A DNA stretch of 64,000 nucleotides from an uncultured virus (IMG/VR IMGVR_UViG_3300011867_000002) (taxonomy: Duplodnaviria > Heunggongvirae > Uroviricota > Caudoviricetes), in the IMG/VR virus record IMGVR_UViG_3300011867_000002, positions 62,001 through 126,000 of that record; one strand, written 5' to 3'. A model generated the notes under the pieces. The model made no database searches. It was given only the letters and a program-made list of their open reading frames with translations, and was not told where the DNA came from. Made by a program: the position numbers and the translations under genes. Positions 18,601 to 26,780 of this stretch are shown piece after piece; the first letter of the stretch is position 1, and each line of letters opens with the position of its first letter.

Positions 18601-20076
18601 GTGTCCGAACAAGAAAACCAAAACAGCGGGGAGGCGACAAGCCTTCCCAACGATGTCCCTGAAAGCAACCCGGCAGAAGCAGCAGTACCCGAAACGCCCG
18701 TGGTCTTCGGTGAACAAACCCGTGACGTCTTCGTTGAAAAGCCCAAGGGCAACGCCGTTACGCCGGCCCACGTCAAGTTGGCCAACGAGACCTACAACGA
18801 AACCGTCGACAAGCTGAACGCGATGCCGAACGAGGACTATGCCAAGTCCGAGTCGGGCCGCAAGTTCCTCGAAAGCTTCAAGGAATCCCTGTTCACGATT
18901 CCTTACAACAGCATGTACGCCGGCGTCACCACGCGCTTTGGCAGCTACTGGATGCAGGAACTGCCAAGCGAAGCCGGCAAGCTCGCACCGAGCGTGCGTC
19001 AATGGAAATCCGGCGACGGCGCGATGCTGACCGGCGAAGCGGCCATGATGCGTATGCGTCAAGCACTCGGTCTCGGTACCCAGTTTACCGTCCCCCTGTA
19101 TCACACCGGCATCTGGATCACCGTCAAGGCGCCGAGCGACGACGCCCTGATCGAACTCGAACGTCGTCTGTCGGAAGAGAAAGCCAACCTGGGTCGTCAA
19201 ACCCACGGCATGATCTTCGGCAACAACTCGGCTATCTTCGCCGGCATCCTGGCCGACTTCGTGATCGACCACATCTACGACAGCAATCTGATCGAAGCTG
19301 AGCGCAGCTACCACGAAGTCATCAAGTGTCTCGACCTGCCGATCATGGTCGCCGCACTCGCCTACACCGTCTGGCCGCAAGGCTTCCAGTACAGCCGCGT
19401 CAAGCTGAACCCGGAAAATGGTACCTACATCACCGAAGAAGCGGTGCTGAAGATCGGCGGCACGTTCATCACCGACAACCTGTCGATCACCGATCGCCAG
19501 CGCGCCCACATGGCCAAGCAGCGCGGCCAGAAAGTCAACCTCGAAACGCTCAAGATTTACCAAGAGCAATTCCTGCGCGGCCAGCCCCGCAAGATCGTGG
19601 TCAACGATCTGGTGTCGTTCAACGTCGCAGTACCGTCGATCGCCGACTATCTGGAAAGCGGCAGCAAGTGGGTCAACACGATCACCGCCATCGTCGACAA
19701 AGCGCTCGGCCTGGACGCCGATGAACGCAAGCGCGTGGACTACATCGAAAAGCTCGGTAAAGCCACCAACGTGCGCCAGTTCGGCCACTGGATCACCAGC
19801 ATCACGATCGACGGCAACGTCATCGACCAGCGCGAAGACATCGACAACTCGCTCGACGTCTACAGCAGCTCGGACCAGTACAACGGCAAGTTCTTCGACG
19901 ACGTCCAGGCGTACATCGAAGACTCGACCATCCAGGTCATCGCCGTCCCGCGCGGTAACTACGAAGAAGAATCCACCAAGATGAAACAGTTCCCAAGCTG
20001 GCTCGTTCTGGACGTGATGTCGACTTTTTTTATCCTACTCCGCCAGAGGGTATGGTTGCTGGGTCAACGGATGTAG
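18601..20076 (+). CDS. Conserved protein (phiKZ gp77-like); possible tail/baseplate assembly chaperone
   Basis: 491 aa, GTG start with RBS AGGAG; ends just after a T7 run encoding FF. Confidence 0.75.
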   Translation: MSEQENQNSGEATSLPNDVPESNPAEAAVPETPVVFGEQTRDVFVEKPKGNAVTPAHVKLANETYNETVDKLNAMPNEDYAKSESGRKFLESFKESLFTIPYNSMYAGVTTRFGSYWMQELPSEAGKLAPSVRQWKSGDGAMLTGEAAMMRMRQALGLGTQFTVPLYHTGIWITVKAPSDDALIELERRLSEEKANLGRQTHGMIFGNNSAIFAGILADFVIDHIYDSNLIEAERSYHEVIKCLDLPIMVAALAYTVWPQGFQYSRVKLNPENGTYITEEAVLKIGGTFITDNLSITDRQRAHMAKQRGQKVNLETLKIYQEQFLRGQPRKIVVNDLVSFNVAVPSIADYLESGSKWVNTITAIVDKALGLDADERKRVDYIEKLGKATNVRQFGHWITSITIDGNVIDQREDIDNSLDVYSSSDQYNGKFFDDVQAYIEDSTIQVIAVPRGNYEEESTKMKQFPSWLVLDVMSTFFILLRQRVWLLGQRM

Positions 20077-20486
20077 GGCCGCCACGCCTCCACGTTGCGC
20101 AATCCGGATTCGGGGAGCACCGGCGCTTTGATCTGGCCATCCGTACGGAAATCGGTCGGCTTTTAGCAGAGTCTCCCCGCATGCTGTCGTCGGACACGCA
20201 ACTCATGATGCGTGAATCATACGAAACGATTTTTGGTCTTCATGACCATAATCAGCCCGATGTCCACCCCTTGGCTCTTGTGACGATGCATTCCGCAGAG
20301 AACACGACCAAGGGTGGTTTGTTTGAACAGCGCTTGAAAGACTACATGTCTTACGACGTGCTGAAGTACACTGGCATTACACTCAAAGACCTGTTGCAGT
20401 ATCCGCGTGACCGGGTCGAGATTATCTTCAATCAGTGTAAAGCCCGCCAAGCGTTGGATAGCAAGAACTTGCCACCGCTTCCTTAA
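20052..20486 (+). CDS. Conserved hypothetical protein; possible -1 frameshift extension of the upstream gene
   Basis: 144 aa in the -1 frame relative to 18601..20076. Confidence 0.7.
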   Translation: MVAGSTDVGPPRLHVAQSGFGEHRRFDLAIRTEIGRLLAESPRMLSSDTQLMMRESYETIFGLHDHNQPDVHPLALVTMHSAENTTKGGLFEQRLKDYMSYDVLKYTGITLKDLLQYPRDRVEIIFNQCKARQALDSKNLPPLP

Positions 20487-20507
20487 CTTCTTCTGAAAGG
20501 AGATGCC

Positions 20508-20963
20508 ATGCCGTTACAACTTTGTTCTGGTGACATGTTTGCCAGCCAAGCACAAACCCTGGTCTGCACAGTCAATACTGTCGGTGCCATGGGTGCCGGT
20601 GTGGCATTGGCCTTTAAGCAGAAGTGGCCTGCCATGTTTGAAGCCTACAAGCGGGCCTGTCGGGATCGGCATTTCCTACGAAACGCAACGTGGCTGTACA
20701 AGGTATCGGATGACCTCCAGATTCTCTGTGTCGTCACAAAAGGCCATTGGCGCCATCCGTCGAAAGTGGAGTGGGTCGATAGCTCGCTCCGTGAAATGGC
20801 AGAGCGGTGCCAAGAGTATGGGGTTACCAGTATTGCCATGCCGCCACCTGGCTGTGGCAATGGTGGTCTCCTGTGGTGGGAAGAAGTCTCACCCTTGGTA
20901 TTTCGCCGTTTAGGTGCTTTACCCATTCTCGTGGAAGTCTACATTCCTACGAATTGGCTGTAG
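20508..20963 (+). CDS. Macrodomain protein (ADP-ribose processing, DarG/Poa1p-like)
   Basis: GDMF...VNTVGAMGAGVA..FK...SIAMPPPGCGNGGL.W signature. Confidence 0.9.
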   Translation: MPLQLCSGDMFASQAQTLVCTVNTVGAMGAGVALAFKQKWPAMFEAYKRACRDRHFLRNATWLYKVSDDLQILCVVTKGHWRHPSKVEWVDSSLREMAERCQEYGVTSIAMPPPGCGNGGLLWWEEVSPLVFRRLGALPILVEVYIPTNWL

Positions 20964-20996
20964 AGAAACAAAGAAAAAAGAACGCTGTTCTGTTCG

Positions 20997-21047
20997 CGGC
21001 ATAAGAGGAGGCTTCCCGAAGGAGCCTCCTCTTTGCTTTTATGCCGG
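20997..21047. terminator. Bidirectional terminator flanked by CGGCATA/TTTTATGCCG
   Basis: AAGAGGAGGCT...AGCCTCCTCTT stem. Confidence 0.85.
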
Positions 21048-21048
21048 A

Positions 21049-21480
21049 TTACAAACTTACGTTTATTGTGGCAAACCCCCATCTGACCATTTCACTTAGC
21101 ATTCTGAAGTCTTCTACTTCAATCGACTCGCCGTCCGCCAAATTCAGAATCGCCTCGTTCGTGATGCAGTAGACGGACATGCCATAACGATACCCGGTTG
21201 GGTCATCGTTCCACTTAGCATTTGGGTCGATGTTTGTTTCTTGGCGGTCGATGGTGAATCGGAGGTTCCCTTCTAATGCCAAATACAAGAGCCCTCTGTC
21301 TTCCAGTCCCTCCTGGTGTTTTTTCCACGAGTGCTCGAACTGTTCTTTGATCCACTTGGCATTGTAGGAACCAAACGCCTCAGTGATGTGATAAAAGAAC
21401 GCTTCTTTGCGAAAGAAAGGAATTGTTATCTTGCGTTTGATCGAACACTTCTTGTAGAACTCTTCATTGTTCTGAAGCAT
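21049..21480 (-). CDS. Hypothetical protein
   Basis: 143-aa ORF in an accessory operon. Confidence 0.65.
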   Translation of the reverse strand: MLQNNEEFYKKCSIKRKITIPFFRKEAFFYHITEAFGSYNAKWIKEQFEHSWKKHQEGLEDRGLLYLALEGNLRFTIDRQETNIDPNAKWNDDPTGYRYGMSVYCITNEAILNLADGESIEVEDFRMLSEMVRWGFATINVSL

Positions 21481-21919
21481 TTTGTTCCCCTCTCTTTAGG
21501 TCGACACGATACAAATGGATGAGCTGCGAGAAGACATCCTTATTCTTTCTCATCTCATCCGTTTCGTAAGGCCACTTCGGTACCATATGGTAATCGTCCA
21601 CCATACGGTCACCGGAGAAGAAATCAAGTTCTCCTTCTTCTCGGCGGTGTCCTGGGATGAAATGTTGTGGTCCTAGGGGAATCAAGTAGTCAGGACTATA
21701 ACCACTTTCAGGTCCTGGGAACTGCACACTGTCTCTGTACAGCTTCCAGAGTGCGGCGCGTGCCTTTTGAATAGAACGCGCTGCGGCACCACCACCGAGA
21801 TTGTATTTAACTTCAATCTTCTTGTGGCTCAGTTCATTGATGACGAACTCTCCGAGAATGGTGACGCACAGTGGTATGGTCGGTTTCGTGGTGGCAGCTG
21901 GTGACTTGCGCATCGTCAC
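21464..21919 (-). CDS. Hypothetical protein
   Basis: 151-aa ORF, RBS AAGGAG. Confidence 0.65.
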   Translation of the reverse strand: MTMRKSPAATTKPTIPLCVTILGEFVINELSHKKIEVKYNLGGGAAARSIQKARAALWKLYRDSVQFPGPESGYSPDYLIPLGPQHFIPGHRREEGELDFFSGDRMVDDYHMVPKWPYETDEMRKNKDVFSQLIHLYRVDLKRGEQNASEQ

Positions 21920-21922
21920 TCC

Positions 21923-22057
21923 TTAGTGAATAGCGCGCGCAGCGAGGACGATGCAGCCGATGATGACTGGGACGGCCACGGCGAAGTTGATCCAGCCGTG
22001 CTTCTTGTCACGGTTAGCGATGGCTTGGGTTTTGCTGAATTCGTTTTGTGCGTACAT
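21923..22057 (-). CDS. Small membrane protein (44 aa)
   Basis: Hand-translated MYAQNEFSKTQAIANRDKKHGWINFAVAVPVIIGCIVLAARAIH; RBS AGGA; fills the operon gap. Confidence 0.6.
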   Translation of the reverse strand: MYAQNEFSKTQAIANRDKKHGWINFAVAVPVIIGCIVLAARAIH

Positions 22058-22095
22058 GATAGTTTCCTGTTCTTGAGATTGGTTAAGGGTGCTAC

Positions 22096-22314
22096 TTATT
22101 TAGTTGGGGCTTGTTTACCGGCTTGACACCAGTCTTTCCATTCGCGGACTTGGTCCATGGTGACGACAACGTCTTCACCTACTTCTTGTCGGTATGCCGC
22201 TGTCCAACCGTCCACACAGTCAGTAAGGTTAAGACCAGCGTTTTGGTTGCACTTAGAAAGCGACACCGACAAGAAGAGACCAGCGAGCAGAATGGCAATT
22301 GCCTTGATCCACAT
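22096..22314 (-). CDS. Small protein with a signal/TM segment
   Basis: 72 aa, hydrophobic N-terminus, RBS GAGGAG. Confidence 0.65.
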   Translation of the reverse strand: MWIKAIAILLAGLFLSVSLSKCNQNAGLNLTDCVDGWTAAYRQEVGEDVVVTMDQVREWKDWCQAGKQAPTK

Positions 22315-22332
22315 GCTGTTCTCCTCTTTCTA

Positions 22333-22947
22333 TTACTTGGTGCGGATTGGGAATGGCCACACGTTAGGAATACCGTCGACCGGCAGGCTTGGATCAGCCT
22401 TGATGACCATCTTCTCCTTCAGTGCAGCGATTTCTGCCGCTACTTGCTTTGGACTACGGATCGTGATGCGCGGCGGCACGTAGTCACGGCTTTCTTCCTG
22501 CCAACTGACCGTTTCCACAGCCGATGCGTTCGAGGGCGCGAGATCAAGGAAGCCATCTTCCTCGTCGTCGAACACTTCGCTGTTGCCGCGCTGATTATCG
22601 TAGTGCGCCAACTCAGCGGCGGCGTCATCGTTCTGGCGTTGACGGCAGCCTGGGCACACGTCGTACACCGGACCATGCAAACCTTCTTCGAAGTCACGGG
22701 TGGGCTTCAGGTTGTCCGAGTGCTTCTTGCACCATGCACAGTTACCACAGATCGGTTCGGGGACGTGATTGATGTGTGCCGTGTAGCACTCTTGGCACAG
22801 GTCGATTAATTCCGAACCGAACGAATCGGTTTCCCCGACTATGCGTTTATATGCAGGACGATCGGGATGGTCGTCACACATGGCGGTTGCGGTGGTGGAC
22901 AATACTTGTCCAGGAAGAAAACTGTTAGGTCCGATTACGTCTGCCAT
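22333..22947 (-). CDS. Zn-finger-like hypothetical protein
   Basis: CxxH, CxxC, CxxC and CxxC motifs; start moved to ATG 22947 (RBS AGGAG). Confidence 0.7.
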   Translation of the reverse strand: MADVIGPNSFLPGQVLSTTATAMCDDHPDRPAYKRIVGETDSFGSELIDLCQECYTAHINHVPEPICGNCAWCKKHSDNLKPTRDFEEGLHGPVYDVCPGCRQRQNDDAAAELAHYDNQRGNSEVFDDEEDGFLDLAPSNASAVETVSWQEESRDYVPPRITIRSPKQVAAEIAALKEKMVIKADPSLPVDGIPNVWPFPIRTK

Positions 22948-22969
22948 AGCTGCTATTCTCCTGTGAGAT

Positions 22970-23380
22970 TTATTTGATGTAGTACACGCGGTGACCCGCA
23001 CCTTTGTTTGCGCTGAAACCATAGTCACCCCAGACGTCGCGCTTCGTTAACGAACTATCGCTGAGGGTAATGCGTTTGACACCGTGTTGCTTACAGAACC
23101 GAAGGAGTTCTGGCCAGAGTTTACTAAACGCCTTTGGCTTGGCGTTTTTAACGAGTGCCAAGTGGCAGGTTTCGTCAAAGTCGAGGAACAGTACATCCAT
23201 GCGTTCCATTCCGAGGTGGCCTTCTGGCCAGCGCAGACACAGCACATCCGTGCCTTCTGCGTTACCGGTGCACATCAAGTCATGCCACAAATGCGCCACC
23301 GTTTTGACGCCATCATCTTCGGAAAGGATGGCGTCCATGTCTTCTTCACTCAGTACAAAATCGAATTCCATAGCTACCAT
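22970..23380 (-). CDS. Hypothetical protein (possible GNAT-like fold)
   Basis: 136 aa; the C-terminal 'FCKQHGVKRITL...W..YGF' is reminiscent of acetyltransferases (weak). Confidence 0.6.
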   Translation of the reverse strand: MVAMEFDFVLSEEDMDAILSEDDGVKTVAHLWHDLMCTGNAEGTDVLCLRWPEGHLGMERMDVLFLDFDETCHLALVKNAKPKAFSKLWPELLRFCKQHGVKRITLSDSSLTKRDVWGDYGFSANKGAGHRVYYIK

Positions 23381-23392
23381 CCTTTTCTTAAT

Positions 23393-24052
23393 TTAAACAA
23401 ACTGTTCTTTCGGGTAGACCTTGATGCGGGCCTGCACGAGCGAGACCATTTCGCGGGCGAACACAAAACCCGCCAGCTTCTTGGTCATCCAGCGATCGAA
23501 CTTGTTCGCGGTTTTGACTTCCAACGTACGCAAGCCTTTCTTGCCATAGGTCCAAACGTTCACTGGGCCACCCGAATACGGGTCGCCAGCGATGGCTTCG
23601 GCCATGGCCAGTTCCGCCGAAATACTTTGGGCAGTCTCGAAAACACCGGGGACATCTTTCCCGCTACCTGCCACGACGATAGCGCGCGGCGGCTTCTCTT
23701 CGTACACGATCTCGACTTTCTCTTGGGTCACCGTGATACCAAAGACACGGCTGGCCGTGACGGCGACGATGTTGCAACCTTCTTTCAAAACCCCTTGGAT
23801 CGGCGCCATGAATTCCGGTGTCATGATATCTGCATTGTGCTGGATTTTCACCAGCTCAGCGTCCATCAACTTGAGGTACTTCAGCAGGGCGGTGTGGCCA
23901 CTTACTGCCAGACACAGCACCTTGCGATTTCCGATATACATCAGTTCTGGTTCGTACATCTTCTTGATGTCGTTGAACTGAGTGCCGTCGGTGTAGGTGG
24001 TCATGCGGCTGTCGGTGTACAGTTTGCCAGCACGGTAGATAATAGTCGTCAT
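23393..24052 (-). CDS. HslV/proteasome-beta-like Ntn hydrolase
   Basis: ATG 24052 (RBS GGAG) gives MTTIIY....LYTDSRMT...K; later GSG and DPYSGGPVN motifs. Confidence 0.75.
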   Translation of the reverse strand: MTTIIYRAGKLYTDSRMTTYTDGTQFNDIKKMYEPELMYIGNRKVLCLAVSGHTALLKYLKLMDAELVKIQHNADIMTPEFMAPIQGVLKEGCNIVAVTASRVFGITVTQEKVEIVYEEKPPRAIVVAGSGKDVPGVFETAQSISAELAMAEAIAGDPYSGGPVNVWTYGKKGLRTLEVKTANKFDRWMTKKLAGFVFAREMVSLVQARIKVYPKEQFV

Positions 24053-24116
24053 AGTTGCCAATTCTCCAGTGGTTAAATAAGGAATGAACAAGGTTACTTG
24101 CTCTAACTCACCGGAA

Positions 24117-24135
24117 GAATATGTGGTTATAATTT
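24117..24135 (-). promoter_or_regulatory. Early-type promoter motif (variant)
   Basis: Minus strand AAATT-N-CACATATTC upstream of the HslV-like gene. Confidence 0.5.
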
Positions 24136-24196
24136 CTTTGAATCGTCCAAAACAACCAAAGAAAAAAGCGAGGGAAATCCCTCGCTTTTATGCTGC

Positions 24197-24526
24197 TTAC
24201 TCGCTTTCTTCTGCGAGTTCAGCGTCGACAGGTTCGTCTGTCGTATTGTACTTGGCCAGACTTCCGGTAAAGCGCGCTGTGCCTTCCTCGTTGATTTCGA
24301 TATCGGCAGCGAAGATATCCGGGCTGATTTGCACGATCACTTCAGCCAAGGACAGCAAGGCTGGGGCAATCGTTTCTTTTTCGATGTCGTCCACATCCGA
24401 CGAGAGGACATCTTCGAGCGCTTCGTGGTACTGGTTCTCGATGGCTTCCACCACGAAGTTTGACTGGATCGGTGACAATTCAATACCGTCGATGATGACG
24501 TGATGCTGGTCTTTAAATTCACTCAT
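24197..24526 (-). CDS. Small, highly acidic protein
   Basis: 109 aa from ATG 24526 (RBS GAGGAG); hand count of about 27 D/E versus 4 K/R. Confidence 0.75.
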   Translation of the reverse strand: MSEFKDQHHVIIDGIELSPIQSNFVVEAIENQYHEALEDVLSSDVDDIEKETIAPALLSLAEVIVQISPDIFAADIEINEEGTARFTGSLAKYNTTDEPVDAELAEESE

Positions 24527-24543
24527 TTCTTTTCTCCTCTTTT

Positions 24544-24792
24544 TTAACAAGGCAAGATGCCTTGTTCTTCAATCCACTTCGTCAGTTGCATGAAGTTCCG
24601 TATCGTGGGACCTTGGTGCGCGATCATGACGAACCCGTTAGCTGGGTTCGCTGTGGCATTCGACAAACGCATCATGTCTTTCACGTTCACTTCGATGGTG
24701 TGCGGAATCATGCAGTGCCGCAAGATTGCCATGCACGCCACGTAATTGTCGGTCATGCACGTTTCACTTTGGACTACCAAGACCTTCTTCAT
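24544..24792 (-). CDS. Small hypothetical protein
   Basis: 82 aa, RBS AGGA. Confidence 0.65.
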   Translation of the reverse strand: MKKVLVVQSETCMTDNYVACMAILRHCMIPHTIEVNVKDMMRLSNATANPANGFVMIAHQGPTIRNFMQLTKWIEEQGILPC

Positions 24793-24804
24793 TTCTTTCC
24801 TTTC

Positions 24805-25092
24805 CTAATTAAGTGGTTTACGAAATACGGTTTCTACATTCCCTTTCAAAGTAGCTTGTCCCTGGTTAAAATGCACATAGTCAAACTTCTTGTTTCTGTC
24901 GAACAGGTGAATAATTTCTGCGCCACGCAAATAGTTATTCAAGTGTTCCTCAAGCTTATCTCGGTTCGGGTGTACCACGTCTCGTAAGAAACGTTCACTG
25001 CGATAAAACATGATTTCAGCCGCACAGAGAACCGCATCGGCTTGTTCTTGCTGGAGCAATATACCCGCGATCAATACTTGGACTTGACTCAT
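24805..25092 (-). CDS. Hypothetical protein
   Basis: Start moved to ATG 25092 (MSQVQV, RBS GGGGA). Confidence 0.6.
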   Translation of the reverse strand: MSQVQVLIAGILLQQEQADAVLCAAEIMFYRSERFLRDVVHPNRDKLEEHLNNYLRGAEIIHLFDRNKKFDYVHFNQGQATLKGNVETVFRKPLN

Positions 25093-25150
25093 TTTTATCC
25101 CCTGATTTTTGGTAATCCGGCATAGGTGGAGGAGTTGCCTCCTCCACCAC

Positions 25151-26698
25151 TTACACGGGCGTGCGATAATAGTCCGTACGGAAAAACTCTGCGCGATCAC
25201 GAAGCAAGACTTTCTTCTCTTCGTAGTACGCCATCTGCTTAGGAATGCTTTCACACGCCAAGAAGATGAATCGCAGGGTAACTCCCGCAATGAACCGCAA
25301 CCGCCCGAACCCTTGAATATTCCCTTGCTTACTAGACATGCAGGTCGACATGAAGACGAACCTCAGGTTAGGAATATCAAGCGCTGTGCCCGCAGACAAC
25401 ATGGTTGAGACGATGATGTCTGGCTCCATGGCATTTTCGTACGGGTCTTTCTCAACATACCGACGAACATCTAAGTTCGGGTATTGTTTCTTCAGGTAGT
25501 CGGTAACTACCGTGCACATGTCGATGGACGCGCAGAAGATCAATGCGCGGTCACCGTCACGCTTATCTGGAATGAAATCAATGTCCAGTTGTCGCTTGAA
25601 CATTTCCAGATAATTGCCTGTCATTCCTTTGTACTTCAGAATGCTTTGTTCAAATACGTTGTGCGAATAGTTGCCGCCATTCTTGTACTTGACTTTCTCG
25701 GGGTTTTGCAAGCCCCAGATGAGGCCACGTGCCGAAACGTACTTGTGGTACTCCATCTTGTCGTAACGCACGAACTTCGGATAACCGATTTCGTAGACTG
25801 ACTCCAAGAACTGGTCGTAAGAAGTCAGGGTAGCCGACAAGGAGATCGACACCGGGCAATGGGTGTACAGGTCGATCTTGAAATTGAGGTGGTAGTCTTG
25901 GTGGACTTCGTCGATGCCGCGAAAACCAATGCCGCACTTTTCATGGAACTCGTCCGGACCAAAGGCATAGCCGTGTTCGGTGATTTTGTCACGGAACAGT
26001 TCATACGCTTTGATGTAATTCTGGAACGTCTTGTTACTGACGATCATGACCTTGAACTTGAGTTCGTCGTTCTCCGCGTCTTCCAAGGTCTGCATCAAGG
26101 AGGCACCGCCTTGCACCACGAGGATGTCTTCCTCATCGATGTCGTAGGTCTTCTTGATGTCTTCAATCCATTTGTCGATGTACATCGGCTTGATGAACAT
26201 CACCATCCGGTAGCCGTAGTGCGAAGCGGAGTACATCTCGCAGAACGACTTACCTTTACCCGTTTGGATACTCACCAGCTTTGCAGCGGTATAATCCGGT
26301 GGATACGGATGGGGTGGTACGTTATTCATGAACGCCAAGACGTCTGGCTGTTGGTCACGTGGTTGCCATTTCGGGAAGACAGGCAACTCCACGCGCTTGG
26401 GGGCGTAGATCGGAGTCTTGATGAACTCCACACGGTCATCGGTTAAGTAGTGCTTCTTCAGCACTTCCTTGAAACCGGCTAACTGGTTAATGTGAAAGCG
26501 GTACTCGCGCCGGTCCTTGGTGGCGGCCGCGTAGGTACGCATGGCAATCTTGGTGTAACTCCCGTTCGGCAAGCGTTGGCTACCAAACTGGATGAACTTA
26601 CGCGCGAACTCATTTAACGCAGGTTCCGCACGTAGTGTGAAATCCCGAACGACAAAATGGTGGGTGCGTACATGAACGCGTAATTCTGGCATAGGCAT
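25151..26698 (-). CDS. SF2 DNA/RNA helicase (phiKZ gp75/UvsW-like)
   Basis: Walker A QTGKGKS, Walker B DEVH, motif III SAT, motif VI QGFGRLR. Confidence 0.9.
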   Translation of the reverse strand: MPMPELRVHVRTHHFVVRDFTLRAEPALNEFARKFIQFGSQRLPNGSYTKIAMRTYAAATKDRREYRFHINQLAGFKEVLKKHYLTDDRVEFIKTPIYAPKRVELPVFPKWQPRDQQPDVLAFMNNVPPHPYPPDYTAAKLVSIQTGKGKSFCEMYSASHYGYRMVMFIKPMYIDKWIEDIKKTYDIDEEDILVVQGGASLMQTLEDAENDELKFKVMIVSNKTFQNYIKAYELFRDKITEHGYAFGPDEFHEKCGIGFRGIDEVHQDYHLNFKIDLYTHCPVSISLSATLTSYDQFLESVYEIGYPKFVRYDKMEYHKYVSARGLIWGLQNPEKVKYKNGGNYSHNVFEQSILKYKGMTGNYLEMFKRQLDIDFIPDKRDGDRALIFCASIDMCTVVTDYLKKQYPNLDVRRYVEKDPYENAMEPDIIVSTMLSAGTALDIPNLRFVFMSTCMSSKQGNIQGFGRLRFIAGVTLRFIFLACESIPKQMAYYEEKKVLLRDRAEFFRTDYYRTPV

Positions 26699-26780
26699 AC
26701 CTTTCTTACAAAAAACGAACGACATACATGCCGCACCGAAATGGGGAGTCGCCAGTTACACGACTCCCCGCCCTTGTGGA

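Noticed and set aside
24544..24792. Glutaredoxin-like call
   Set aside because: Size and pattern are suggestive but there is no CxxC motif, so it is left as hypothetical.
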